A stretch of 64,000 nt of DNA from Lepidodermella squamata (Eukaryota > Animalia > Gastrotricha): NCBI GenBank assembly GCA_047495785.1, contig JBLDXI010000099.1:8531-72530 (forward strand). Direction: 5' to 3'. Of the stretch, positions 11,912 to 25,800 are shown one piece after another. Numbering within the stretch: position 1 is the first letter of the stretch; each line of letters begins with the position of its first letter. The translations under genes were made by a program, and so were the position numbers. The notes beneath the pieces are model-generated. The model was not told where the DNA came from and ran no database searches. It worked only from the letters and a program-made list of their open reading frames with translations.

Positions 11912-14444
11912 TCAAACAACAGTTTCAAGCACAACTGGAACGATGGCGTTGTTGTTGGCAGCGTCACCGATGCTAGAGCGATTTTTCGTCTTGCGACCCG
12001 CGTGCTCTTTATTCCTGACTAGCGTGTGCGATGCGAAACTGTTGGCTGAATGCGACGCCGAGAGAATAGCCGTGTTAGTGGATGTCGGCGAAATTGGTCG
12101 CGCCGGCAATGTCGGCGTTCGCACTTGCGCAGGCACAGAAGTTTTCGTTAGAAATCGGCTCCAATCCTAAGGTAAAATGCACTTGTAGTTTTGATTTTAA
12201 ATAATTGAATTGGCATCAAACCTGCACGTTGTCCACGCTGATACCGGTGGTGTTACTGCTGAGGTAGCCAGAAGAGGAGTTTTCGTTGAAGTGTACGTAG
12301 CGCTGCTTTAATTGGCTACCACTTGGCCGGCCAGTGGTGGCACTGCGAGTGGAAGAATTGAAGCGTGACTGCGCACCTTCCAACAGCATGTACGACGGTT
12401 CGTCGACAACAATGTCACTGCTCTGCTTGCTATGCCGGTGCGAAATCGTCGCGCTGAATAGGGGGTGAAAACGAACGACAGCAGGCGACTCTTTGTTCTT
12501 TCCATTTTCCTCTTTCCTGTCTTTCTCTTTCCCGCTTTTTATCTCCTTGCCAGCTTTATAAGGAAGATTCCTCACTGTTTTGCTAGTTATTTCTTCGTCG
12601 GAGGACGCTGATACCACGTTTTTAGCTGTTTTCCTACTGCGGCGCGTAGAGACAGACGAAGTTTGACGGGTAGCTGACTTGGATATGAGCCGAGCAGGCG
12701 CGTCGACGTCAGAATCGCTAACGGCCTTGAGCGTTTCATCGTAATGGTACGGCTGGTTTCTAAGCGGCGGCGCCGCCGTAGCGGGAGCATCAGTTGTCTT
12801 CTTCGGCGTCGACTCGGTAGAAGAAGAAGTTGTTGCGGAGACGTGATTGCTCGGCGAGCCGTTGCTGGCACTAGCAGCAGCCGTAGCGAGGGCTTCGTTG
12901 AGCGTAGTACTGTGCAGACTGGCGCTGTTGAAGGGCGACGTGGGCGTGCGGTCACCGGCAGACGGCTTGTTGTACGACTCAGCCGTGTCGAGGCGTGGCC
13001 GAGACAACTCGAACTGCTTCGCGGCCTTCTTGCCGTCGCGGCGCATGCAGCACGCGGCGATGAGGTAGCGCACGAGGGCGATGGACAGCAGCGGCACCTG
13101 CACGAGCAGCGACGCGGCAGTCGGCAGCATCGCGGCGAGGTCGGTCGCCGGCGGTTCCAGGTTGGCTTGCAGCAGTTGCAGCGCGATCGTGACATTCGGC
13201 ATGGCGACCACGACGGCGACGGCGATGACGACGGGCGCCCGTTGTCGCAGACACAGCGCCAAGACCGCGGCGGCTGCGGCGGATGCGAGGCAGAGACAGG
13301 CGCCGGCGAACAGCGTCGACCACGTCGCGTAAGCTAGCACGTGGCCGAGATTTGCCAACCCGTGGGCGACGCACATGTGCACGAGGCCGACGGCAACAAC
13401 AGCTAACAGGCAGCTAGAAAAATAAAATGTAGGTATATTAGAGAGAGCTGATTGCTGAGAGCCGACAAGACTTACGCGTCTAGGCGGGCAGCTGCCTCGC
13501 GCCACCGATGGCGGATGACGGTGCCGACTGCGAACGGCAGCAGCAGGCAGCCGAGCGAGATGGCGAGCGCGGCGTAGGGCAGCACTTCAAAGCCGGGCGG
13601 TGCGGCTTCGAAGAATAGAAACTTGTCGCCGGCATCGTCGATCAGCGAAGCCGGCAGAGATGCGCCCCGTGCGACGTAGACGGCGAGTGGCAGACTGGCG
13701 AGAGCGGCGACGCCTAGACAGGCCGACGCAGCGACCGAGGCTGCGACGGCGAGCGCGTGGCCCAGCTCAGCCTCCGAGGCGGCTAGGCGCAGCGAGGCGA
13801 TGCGTTGCAGGTGGTGGCGGGGCGGCCACGCCTGCGTCAGCGACTGCGACCGGCTCAGTGACTGCGCGGCTGATGACGACGACGAGGCGGTGGGCGCCGT
13901 CAGCAGGACGACGTGCAACACGGCTTCGAGGCCGGAGGGCGCGAACACGGCGGCGAAGAGCCCGGCCGCGGACAGGTCGGGCGCGAACTCGTGCCAGCGG
14001 AAGAGCGCGCCGACGACGAGCGGCGCGACGCCGAGTTTGGCGACGAGGGCGGCGAACACGCCGGCGCCGGTCGAGCGCAGCGCCGCGCGCAACAGAGCCG
14101 CGTCGGTGTGCAGGCCGGCGGCAAGGTTCGCCAGGAACAGCACGACTACGGTCGACTGGTGCAGAGCGAAATGCGCCAGCGGTTGTACGCGAGCAACCTA
14201 GACAAATCATACAGAATCAGATGACAGCTGATAAATTGGCGGGAGATGAAACAATGAGCCTGAAACTTACGGAGATGCGCAGGCGGTAGAGCTCGGCCCA
14301 CGCGGTGGCGTTCTGCTGCAGCTGCAGGGCGACGGTGGCGTAGCCGAGAAAATCGCCGATGAGCTCGGCGCCGAACTCGAGCGCCTCGCCTGCCGTCAGG
14401 TTGAACATCACGCCGCGCTCCATCACCGGCGATGAGGCGCTGAT

Positions 14445-14490
<46 letters not shown>

Positions 14491-16043
14491 AACCAGATAT
14501 CGCCGGGCACCTCAGCGTCCTCGACCATTGTTTCAGGTGCCTCCGCTGCTGATGGATAGTCAACGCCTGGCTCTGGCTGCTCTGGCGCAGCTGCTGCGGC
14601 GGCGCCTGCTGCCGGGGACGCGGGCCTCAGGTAAGCAATGGGCGGCCCTCCGCTCAGGATGTTCAATCGTACGGATGGAAGCGGGGCGCCGGCGACGACG
14701 AGGCGCAGGCGGCAGAAGCCGGGCGCGGCTCGCACGCGCATCTGCACGCGCTGTTGGTCTATCATTAGCACCTAAAATACAAGTGGACCGGTTCAAGTAC
14801 ATTCGGCAAAAAATGCGTCAGAATTAATCGCTTGGGTAGCTTCATTTTACTTGATTTGCAAAATGTTGCCTCCGCCCACTTGGCTTTAAACTGAACATTG
14901 AATACTGAATACTGCCCCGCATGAAATACCCGATAAGTCTTCGAAGGACGTACCTGCAGCGTGGAAAAATTGGCGACGGGCCGGTTGTCGAGGCGCAGCG
15001 ACAGCGCGTGGCACAACGACGACCCGTCCTCCGCGGTCGCCAGGAATCGCTCCACGGCTGTTCGCGTCCCATTGAGCACCTGCGTAAAACAATGAAGGTA
15101 ACTCGAATCCATTGGAGTAACAATTCTAGCATTTCGAATAATTATTTGTGAAAGCAATTCAGCCTATAGAGGGAACACCCGACGATGGGTTACGCCCCAC
15201 ATCGGAAGATCGATATCGATGGGAACGCAAAGCAAGTCCGATTTCTTTTATTCTGCAGACCATTTTTCTAGCTGCAAGTAATTGATGTTCGGAAAATATT
15301 ACTTTGCATCGCAATATTTCATTTACTCCTCAAACATGCGGAATTTTAGAGGTTGTTTTCGCCATTCGATAGATCTATAGTGTGTGGTGAACTTTCTCTT
15401 TAGAATCAGATTCGAGCGGAAAAATTGGTGGTGAAAATGCTTCTTGCGATTTTGGCAAAAAAATATTGTCCGTACGTGACTGTTGGCTTCGCATCATCAG
15501 TCAATACTTCTGGGAATCACAATGCGAATTCGCCTCAGCTGAAAAATGACCACTGGCAAATCTATCATTTACAAATGTTGAAGAATACTCGAAATCCTAC
15601 AATAAAACCTAAAATAAATGACCATTTTCTCGATAATTTTGTTCTATCTTGCTCGTGTAATTTTGCCAATGAGAATATAAAGCTTTTTTTATGCTAAAAG
15701 GTAACAACTGAATGATTATGGTGTAGCGTGTGAGTGTAGCAAAAACGCGTCATCTAGTAAAAAGTACTTGTTCTTCCAGCATCGGTAAATAAACTCAGGA
15801 ATGGGAATTGAAGTATGGCCTGCCGTTTGGCACTAAATTTAGGTAGACGCAAACTTGTTGAGAAATCATTGAGTTTGGACGTACCGCTTCGATGAAAAGA
15901 GATCCAAAATCCGGCGCCGGCGGCGGGGCGGCGGCGAGGAAAGCGAAGCGCGGCTGTTGCGATCCAGCCAGCGTCGCATCGAACAGCAGCAGTAGTAACA
16001 GCAGGCTGAAAAACAGGAGTAGCGAGGTTCCGAGCGGAGGCAT
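11912..16043 (-). CDS. Divergent sodium/bile-acid symporter family (SLC10A3/5-like) membrane protein with signal peptide and long Ser/Thr-rich tail
   Basis: Exons ~16043-15853, 15080-14954, 14771-14271, 14197-13476, 13413-12223 and 12166-11912. N-terminal hydrophobic signal; SBF-like segment LFLANLAAGLHTD...GVFAALVAKLGVAPL...AGLFAAVFAPSG; multiple TM helices. Confidence 0.6.
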
Positions 16044-18452
16044 CAACACCTCTTCTCAACAGCCGATCGAGTCAAAGCATCGATGACTTGTGCATTTCTG
16101 TGCCAGCCAGCTCTGAAAGGCGCCATCAAACCAGGCGATTCATAACGCAAGCATACGTAAGCGTAAAAAAATTATACAGATAAGTATATATGTACCTACT
16201 TGACGTAAAAATCGAGACAAATTATATGCTCTTCGGACACACAAGGACAAACAATAGCAAAAATATAGGCCAGATGATGGTAGTGTACGGCATGAGGACA
16301 CCGGCCACGATCCGAAAAAAGCGATATTGAGAGGGTGGTTGCGGAAGCGCGATTGACCGGCGCTATTCGATACACTGTAAACAAGGCAGTAGAAGATACA
16401 TGATCGCCATGCGTAATGCGACCCAGCCGCAGAAATAGCATGACACAGCGTGAGAAGAGAGAAATAATGTCGCAATACGAAGGCGGAGCAGCCGAGAACA
16501 AGAAAGAACGTATAGAGTCGCGAAAATATAAAGTAAGCGGCGATATCGATATGGCTATCGGCTATCGGAATGTCAAGCCAATTGGCTGGCTCGTTAGCGA
16601 TCGCTTCACGCGTCGTTATTCCGCAATCACACTGTTTTACTTCGAGTCTCGCTATCACGGGCGTTATTCTTGCGTTATATTGGCCGCTACTGCTAATGGC
16701 CGGCGCTAACGACGCAAGCAGCGCCGTTTAACCGGCGAAAAACGAATACTACTACTACTACTAATGCTACTACTACAACTGCCGCAGCTACAACGATATT
16801 TGGGCGACAACAGAAACAGTGATTGCGGCGAACACAAAGGCGAAAGCAGTAGTTGTATAGTATTTGCAAACAAAAAACGCTCAAGTGCGAAGCGGCGAGG
16901 CGAACACGCGAACAGCGAGCAACTAATGCGATTATTACTAAATTCATGCCGGCGCCTTTCTGGTTAATCAAGAAATCGCGACCAAACACTCGAAGCAATG
17001 TCGCGAGGCGTTAATCGAATTGCTGCTGCTGCTGCTGCTGCTGATAACGGCGATGAATTTCGCGCAGAGTCGATTAGTCAACATATTCTTACCACATTCT
17101 TATATATGCTTACATGGCGCAACTACTTGCAACTTCGCGCACCACCGAGCGCACCCTCTCATAGTAATAATTCAAAAATAAAACGAAGAAGCACGATCAC
17201 CCATTCTTTTCGGTAATGGGTCAATCAGTGATCAGCAAGATCGCCTAACGCTGCTCATGCGTAATCGCGAGGCGCCGCACTTTTTTCAGTAGCGATTGCC
17301 GAGCGATTGGCACTACTATACGCTTGTTGATTAGCATGGTAGCCTGCGGTTATCACATCTCACTCGGCCGCAAAACATCTCACCGGTTGAGCAGAAAACA
17401 ATAAGCATCGGGAGATAATTAAAACGAGCGGGCGTGTTTTTTGGCGGCTCATCAGCCGATAATGGCCGGCACCTGGGGCGAGCCCACTGGCTTGTTGCCT
17501 TCGCTAGAGCTATAAGCAGTCTCCGTTTCTCCGCTATTCCCCTCTATAATCAATATGCTTCCAGTTGATGTTTGTTTTCGCGCTTGTTTTCGCCCCACCG
17601 TTTCTCCCTGAAGCTGGTAAGTAACAGTATTCGTTACATTTCGGAGCCACGCAGACAGCGCCCGCCTGCCGCGCATCATCATCCTCATAACGATCATACG
17701 CGATGATGATTTTACGGCCAGGCATAAACCAATCAACCCATAATATTTGTTGTTTCTGTAGGTTGCGCGCTCAGGTAAAGGTATGTATGTATCTGTATTG
17801 TTAGGCGCCAGCAACCTTTCGCCCGTCGTCTCTCTGCGCCCAGGCTTTTAGTGAGGGGTCGGCGCCCTCTTCGAATTTATGCATCTAATTATGTCTATTT
17901 CGAAAGCTATCTAACGATTCGCAACAACTTTTCAGGTTTGTTAAATTCAACCAATTCTGGGCCGAGTTGCCGTTCCTGTGATCAGAGGATTCTGCGGGCT
18001 CGTGCTCTCACGTCACATTGAAAGGGGATCATTCAGCGCAATCTCGCGTTACTTCATCAGATGACGTGGCACGGCAGCACTAGATACTAGATGATAGTGT
18101 CAGCGACGGAGAATAAAGGACGGGGCTGGGAAGGTAACATTTTTTTAAAGTGATGCGTATCAACTCCTGCATCATCATCAATATAGCCTTCCCGGCCGAT
18201 TCGTCCTGAATCGGTTGTTGATCGATGAACCATAACAGCTACTGTTCAACCGCTGTCTCCCTTTCGCATTCGCCTGAATTAGGTCGCCGGCGTGAACAAA
18301 CAGTAATCGGAAAAGCATAACAAAACACTCGTATTGAAATCGCACATGTTATTTTACAAAGTGACGATTTTTATTATTGTTCTAATCACCAAGAACAGTA
18401 TTCGAATGTGTACATTGTTACGTGTATAAAAAGAAGCGAACTGACAGCTCGG

Positions 18453-18970
18453 CTAGATTTGCGGCGTCGCCAGGTTGAACTTGGCCTTGAGTTTCGTCAG
18501 CTCGGCCTGCTGCTTGTCGAGGTCGGCGGCCGCGTACCTGCAAAAAGCCACAGCCAGTCAAACATTGTATCAAACACAGTGAATAAAAAGTGAAGCTGAA
18601 AAACAACTACTTACGCCTTGGTGGGTTGGTAGTAGAGCACGACGAGGTAGCGATCGCAGACGTTGAAGCCGGACAAGTGGTCGCACGCGTTCTTCGCGTC
18701 GAAAATGTCCTCGTAGACGACGAAGGCGGTGCCGCGCGTCTCCGGCGTCGCGCCCAGCCGGATCTGCCGGATCGCGCCGTACTTGCCGAAAATGTCGTAC
18801 ATTTCGTCCGCCGTGATCTTGAACGGCAGGTTCTTCACGTACAAAATGCGGTTCACTTCCGGCGGCAGGCGAATCTGTCAAATAAGCACACACACGTTAT
18901 ATAACTTTTATTGAACTTGATTAAACGCAAAACTTACATTCGCCTTCTTGTTCTGATTCGCAAACGCCAT
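18453..18970 (-). CDS. SF3B6: Splicing factor 3B subunit 6 (p14)
   Basis: Three exons (18970-18938, 18874-18615, 18537-18453); [42 protein letters not shown]...[13 protein letters not shown] is near-identical to p14. Confidence 0.97.
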
Positions 18971-19730
18971 CCAACAACTAACTCTCTAACAAATTTATCT
19001 AAATAAAAACAAACACATCGTAATCGTTAGAAACAAGTTTTTCTTGCGCTTTCTAATAATCAATCGATTGAAACGGAAAAAATTCAATGGAGAGTGAAAA
19101 AAATGAAAGGTCGTCGACAATTCGTTTACAATAATAATCATCATCATCCGCGTCGCATGAGCATCACAACTTTTTGGGAAAATAATAGTAACATGATGCA
19201 GTTTTTTTTGCTGAATAACGGCACAATAATAAGACTAACAATAGCAATAAAGATAATATCAACTCTGCAGTGGTAAGAAAATTAACAGGGCAGCATTATG
19301 ATGGTTAAATAAAACATATACATAATATATAGAAAATGGTAAAATTCATCATTCGACGTCTGTAAAACTGTGCGACTAGACACATTTGCGGGAACAAAAA
19401 TCAACAGCAAAAATGGAAAGTAGCAGCCGATGACATTTCAATGATTTGTAATACAAACTACGCTATGCACCTTTTTCGAACGATATATTATAATACGGGT
19501 ATGATAATATCAATAAATGAGAAAGAAAATCAAGCAGGGCAACAAAGTCGGTTGAGCATCTTCATATTGACAATGGGTCAAAAGAACAACGCTGAGATTT
19601 CAAAATGATTTTTTTCACAAACATAGTCAACAACAAGAATAACCATGAAAAATGAGAGCCGAAATGTTCGCAAGAGCAATTGAGAATACATTCGTAAAAG
19701 AATGTTGATAACAGGCAGGAAATCATGAGC

Positions 19731-20717
19731 TTATTCGCGTTGATAGTAACGAGCGCCTGATATCGCTGAAATCTGACCATTCGAGATCAATGGTGCGTTG
19801 GCCTCGACATTCCCCACAGCATTATTCAAGGCTGGTTCCGAGTTTTGCCGCCGTGAAGCAGTGTTGTTATTGCTCACTAGCGCTGCATCTTCGTCACTGC
19901 TATTTCGCCTGAATGCGGCTCGTCTCGATAGCTGCCTAGCTAGCATTCGAACTAATACGAATACGATGAACAGCGACAAGGCTTGAAGACCCACTAGCGA
20001 GCCAAACACGCCCATGAGAATGTGGTACCGATCGACGAATAGCATTTTCACAAAAGTGTCGTAACATCCAGCGGCGTACGCGCTATCCATCGGGCATTCC
20101 TCCGTAGGCTCTCGGCAACACGATGCTGGAATCGAATCCGAACTGCCGCCCTCAGCCGTCGAAGACTGCCAATCACGAGGCGACTGCACGCCACAGCACA
20201 TCATGCTCGATTGCAGACGATCCCACGCTTTAGCCACTCGCACATCAGCTCGGTAGCGTTGAATGATATCTCGGCTAATTTCGCGTCGCAAAAACGCGTC
20301 AATGTCCTTGCGGAAAATTGCGCCCAGACCTAGCAAGATCAGCTGAGCTGCGACTATCGACGACAGAATAGCAGCATAGGCAAGAAGCATTCCGCGAGAC
20401 GACGTCGCAGCACCACAGCAACCGAGAAAGGAAACAAGGCTGGCGCACGAGCCAGCGGCTATTAAGCAAACCGCGAATGTTGATATCAGTTCAGATTGTG
20501 GGGCTTTTTCAATCGTTCGCGTGTAAATATCTAGATCTCGCAGACCTCCGAGGAGGACGTATACTCCTAGCGCGATAAGCCCGCATCCGATCGAGAACGT
20601 CAAGGTGCTAACGACATAACAAAATTATTTGAATTTTTTTAAATTCAATAAGCGAATGACCTACCTGAAAAAGGAAAAGGACAAACGCAAACATGACAGC
20701 GACGATAACTTTGCCAT
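19731..20717 (-). CDS. Tetraspanin
   Basis: Four TM segments, SFLGCCGA, and a large loop with WDRLQ...CCG...DW...PASCC...GC; short first exon 20717-~20665. Confidence 0.92.
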
Positions 20718-21015
20718 GTCTCACTTATTTATTCTTTCAACTTAATCTTTCTCTTTCCTATCTTTCCGTCTTTCAAGGCCCTGCTGCTCGCAAGTCGCGT
20801 CACGTGATTTAATTTGAGCGAACCGCGAATGTTGATATCAGTTCAGATTGCGGCGCTTTTTCGCTCGTGTGTAAATATCATTAAGTTACACCTAAAATTG
20901 GAAACATGAGAAAAAAACAAGGTTGGTTACGATTGGCAAGCCATTGTAATCAACTGCGTAAAAAGCCTATAATTTAGAGCGTAATTTAGGCGTTTAACAG
21001 CGACGATGCAATGTA

Positions 21016-21267
21016 TCAACCGGCTAATGTATCAAGTTGTTGTTGAATAGCCTCCATTTCGTTGTACAGTTTCACAAGGGAATCGTGGTTCAATTCCATT
21101 TGAAGCTGTTTTTCTCCCGAGCAACAATCAGAACTCAGCTTTAATTGTAAAACGCTGAATGGCTCGGCGTATTTCGCTTGATTGGAAGCAGCCGCAGATA
21201 TGCCCAACTGCCAACCGACACTTTGCAAATTTAAAGTTTGATCCAATGTTTCGTTCTCTGATGGCAT
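21016..21267 (-). CDS. COMMD10: COMMD10-like protein consisting only of the COMM domain
   Basis: LQSVGWQLGI...QAK...LQL...ELNHDSLVKLYNEMEAIQQQLDTL matches the COMMD10 C-terminus; in-frame TGA two codons upstream of the ATG. Confidence 0.75.
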   Translation of the reverse strand: MPSENETLDQTLNLQSVGWQLGISAAASNQAKYAEPFSVLQLKLSSDCCSGEKQLQMELNHDSLVKLYNEMEAIQQQLDTLAG

Positions 21268-21523
21268 TATTCAAACACTTTTTAGCAAATGCACTAAAAG
21301 CAGATTAGAATATTTGGGTATTGGTAAATGTGGCCAACTCGACGGACTCTGTGAGATAGGCGATACGATTGAAAATGGGCGCTTTACACCAACATGCTCG
21401 GTCTTCCTTCTCTTTTTCTTTCAATTAAGGCTGCTTGCTGATGCAGCAAATAATAAATACAGTGTTTTCAAGAAATAAGAAAGAGTTATACCTAAATAGC
21501 TCATCTCTCTCTCATCTCTCCCG

Positions 21524-21567
21524 CTTGACGTCTTGAGACTAAAAAGTTTTAGTCTCAAGCTTGACGT
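21524..21567. mobile_element. 28 bp palindrome with 8 bp flanking direct repeats (mini-MITE or footprint)
   Basis: cttgacgt-[cttgagactaaaa ag ttttagtctcaag]-cttgacgt. Confidence 0.55.
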
Positions 21568-22467
21568 GGGATATGAGTACGCAGTTGCTCCGGGCAAGTC
21601 AGCGCCATGATAAGCGTACTAGGTACTAGGTAGTCAAGAAAAATGTAGAATGTAGTTTGACAATCCTTTTGGCTGGAACTCGTAGCTTTATTGGGATTTA
21701 GGATTTCGATCGCACCCAACAACTCTGTCGCCTGACAACAACAGTAAACTTAATTTATTCATTAATTATTGACACCAAAAGTTTTGCAAATTATAGCTTT
21801 TGCTTTACTTATATTTCAATAAACATTCTAGGTGGTTGTTAGAAATATTTTACGAATGATTTATTGCACGAAATGGAGGGTCCTTGTCCAGAATCAAGTC
21901 CGCGGGAACTTCAATTTTGTTGCATTTTTTTCATGCATCTTTTCTTCATCCAACGAAGTCAGGAGTCATGATCTCCTCACTACTTATCCCTTGACTTGTG
22001 TTAATGCCCATGTTAAATGCCTAGCGATGTGTGTTGGAGAGGCGACAGAGATGATCGAGAGCCATCGATACGGATGCACCCACACCAGCCTTTGCTGTTT
22101 TCTATTTGAAAAGATTTTCTATTTCCAAGGCTTCTCATAATCGCTGTTTTCCCATGCCATGCCAACTGTTATGCAGAATAAAATTGGCCCAATGGCGTTT
22201 ATCGTTTATCCATGTCTTGTTGCTGCTGCTGCTGCTGCTGTAAATGGAGTTATGGCATAACTTGATACATGCTGGTTCTAGTTCATATGAATTTAAGCCA
22301 AACCGCTTAAACAAATGTTTATAAATGCCGAAGGACATTTATGCAGATTTCTAGATTTACCGCATAAGTCAAGATCTTTTTAATGCTTACAAGTCACAAT
22401 ACTAGTTTCTTCCTCCTCTGATTGAGACATAAAACGATACAGGAAAAGCGTTACTGTATGCTTGGGA

Positions 22468-22578
22468 AATAAGGTAATACTCTATGGCAAACCATGGAGA
22501 AATATGACTTCCCCTCGATTCGTTTGGCTGAGCTGAAGAGAGGGGGAAATTCTCTCCATGGAGTATTTCCTTATTTAT
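22468..22578. repeat. Short inverted-repeat element; partial second copy at ~24326-24378
   Basis: aaataaggtaatactc...ccatggagaaat...ttcccctc pairs with gagagggggaaattctctccatggagtatttccttattt; the same left arm recurs in a WAPL intron. Confidence 0.5.
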
Positions 22579-22818
22579 CCATGGCAAAATTTAACCATGC
22601 GTATGTGGGAATACAGAACACTTTATAGCTGACAATATAAGGTGGAATTTTATTTTCGACTTTCCCTTTATAAAATTTGTACTTTATCAGTTTTTCTTGT
22701 CCTTTTCAGCTGCGTAGCTCTGTGTTCACAGCAGATGCTTGATGCTTATTGGGAGGCCTATATAGTTGGCAGTTGAATATGTTGGTTACGTAGGTTTTTA
22801 TGTCAAATATTGATATGA

Positions 22819-25800
22819 ATGGAAAGTCGACGAAGTGCTAAGGCGCCCATAAAAACTTACGGCCGGTCGGCAAAATCAACCGCGGAAACAGTTGCCGACT
22901 CGGGCGGATCGACCTTTAATAGAGCTCAGCGGAAACCCGACTCGTTTGACATGCTTTTCGGCAACAAGCATAAGACAGAGTCGTTTGCGGCTGGCGACCC
23001 ATTCGAATTTTCCTCAAACGATCGACCGCCGCCGCAGAAGCATGCAAAACCTGACCCATTTGCCTTTGACGAAGAGTTTAGCGACAGTAAACCTCAGCAA
23101 CCAACAAGGCGGCAAGCTGAACCAAAGATGAGTGCGAAACCTGTTGCGAAAAGCACGACTCGCAAAAACAGTAGCAAGTCGACGCCGTTATTTGAAGAAA
23201 CTGACACGTTGCTGAAAGCTGATAATCAAATGAAAATCGACTCATTTACCGTGTCTTTGCCTCGGCTGAAAGCATCTTCAGTAAGCAAAGCTGCTGCTGC
23301 TGCTGCTCCGCCGGTAGTGGAACCGGTGGTTTCGACATCACCACCGCTTGTTGAGAAGCAACCGTCACCAAAAGAGTTACCCAACATCGAGGAAGAGTCG
23401 TCAAAAGACGACGACGTTGACGAGCAAGAAGAGAAAATTGCACCACAAGCTGCGAAGAAGCAAAAACTGGACAGTGAAGCAACAACGGCAGCTGTGGTGA
23501 GGCAGCCCGCCGCACCTCAGCCGCGAATTTTTACGACAGTGCGAGGAGAGCGGAAAAAAGTGGCTAATCCGAAATCGTGGTTCGCCGTGGACGACGACGA
23601 CGATGACGACGAAGGCGAAGCTGCTGATGCTTATCGTTTACCGGAGAAGAAGGAAGCATCGGTCGCGATGTCGTCGGTGAGTACGAGTCAAGCAGATTTG
23701 CATAATTCGCGGATCGACCGGCCACGACGCCATGCATCCGGCTCCGGCTCGGACAAATCAGTGGCAGCGGGCGGCGGCGGCGGCGTGTCGACGGTGGTCG
23801 ACGCGGCGACAGGCAAGCGGGTGGTGCGGGTCGCCCGGTCGGAGCGCGACAAGTACGCGGTGGTGCGGCACGTGCGGGGCGTGAGCGAGCTGCAGGCCGA
23901 GTCGACGTCGCTCGAGTTCGACGGCGACTACACGTACCTGATCGAGTGCGTGGGGCCGACGGCGCAGTTGTCGTCGCGCTGCCTGTCCGCCTTCCAGCTC
24001 GCGTCCAAGTGCGCCGACTCGTCCGAGTTCAGGCTCTACCTGAAGTCGACGGGCAAGCTGCCGGAGCTGTTTTCGAAGCTGCACGACGCAGACCAGCACG
24101 ACGTAAATTTTGCATTGGCTCATTTTCAGTATTGCAAGGTTCATGATATATCAGAGGTGATGCTTCATTTCAAGACACTTGATCGATTGAAACCTACTGG
24201 CATTCGAATTTGCTTCGAACCTGGAAAACGGGATAAAGATCATTAGAAATTCTGAATAATCATCCTACTGCGATGTATCGATGTAACCTTTGCAAATTTT
24301 TGTCCGATTTTCTGTTGTTGGCGCAAAATAAGGGAATACTCTATGGCAAACCATGAAGAAATATAAAATTCCCCCCTGATCTGGAACCCGAAATTTCGTT
24401 TTCCGAACCCGAAAAGTAGTGAAAAAATTCGGGCAATTATTCGAGGGGGCCTTTATTCAAGGCAGGCTATTATTTATCCTAAAGCGTGAAATCATCACTT
24501 GAACCGACATTTTTAGTCATCAGCTTGAATATTCTATTCCTATTTCTAGCCACCTTTCCTATTCTTTCCATGAGCTGATCATACCAGACCTATTATTATT
24601 ACCACGTGGCTATTATTCGAGGTGGGCTATTATTAACCTATGGACCCAATATTTGGATGGATTTTTGGGGCTATTATTTGAGGTTGGATACTATTCGATA
24701 AAATACGTAATAATACCAACCCGTCGAAACTGTCTTATTTTCAAGAATGCCTTGATCAATTTTCGCAAACTTCCTTCTAATGAGCAACTTTTTCGATAAT
24801 GCTTTTCCGACAGTTGCTGGCGCTGTGCGCGGCGGCAATGTTCGTGGTGCTGTCGGCGGACCGGTCGCAGGTCGACCTGGACACGCCGGCCATGGCGCTG
24901 CTCGTGCGCCTCGTTCGCCTCGACTCAGCTTCATCAGCTTCATCGCCTTCGAATGCGAAGCCGCCTAGCAGCAGCAGCAGCAACAGCAGTGGTGGCGGCG
25001 GGTGGTCGACGGCGGTGCCTGCGCCGATCGTGGAGCGCGTGACGAGCGGCGTGGCGGCCCTGCTGAAGACGCTGGTGCGCAAGTACGGCGCCGAGCTGTT
25101 GCACTCGTCGTCGTCGGGCGTGAGCGTCGACTCGCCGGCGGTGGTGCGTGATTTGGCGCTGTCGGCGCTGCACACGCTGTGCCAGCGGTGCTCGTCGGAA
25201 GCGGCGCAGGCGCAGTTCCGCGACTCGCACGCCCTCGACGTGCTCGTCGACGACTGCGCGCGCACGCTCGCCTCGGCGACCACCGCAACCGCCTCGAATG
25301 TCGCACTTGGACAGCAGACATCGCAGACATCGCAGTCTCTGGACGCTCGTCGCCTCAAACACGTGCTGTCGGGCATTGGCAAACTGGTGGCGAAGAACAA
25401 GGAGTCGAAGCGCGTGGCGGGCGAGCGCGACAACTCGCTGCTGCCGCGCGCCCTCGCCAACTACGCCACGCAGTTGCTGCCTCCTCTGCAGTTGCAGCAG
25501 CCATCGTCATCGACTTCATGTGAAAACTCAACGCAGCAGTGGTCGGTGAGTGAAGCCGACTCGCGCCTGCTGTCGCAGATCTACAACCTGCTGATGACGC
25601 TGTGCTGTGACACCAGTGAGTTTCTGTTCCTGTGTTTTTTTGATATCCCTTTTTCAATCGTAGGTGAATTGCAATTTGGGAATTTATAACAAAAGCGTAG
25701 AACTGTGATAACTGCTCATTATTTGTTTTTTTGGGCATACGTGAAATCCCAATGATGTCTAGTTAAGTATTTCTGAATTGCTGGCGGAAATCGTTTGGTT

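Noticed and set aside
12587-14827. Long overlapping Arg/Ala-rich ORFs (also around 24.7-27.5 kb and 28.4-29.3 kb)
   Set aside because: Shadow frames of GC-rich coding exons.
16140-17814. Several 60-170 aa ORFs upstream of the SLC10-like gene
   Set aside because: No recognisable motifs or consistent splice structure; probably intron, UTR or intergenic sequence.
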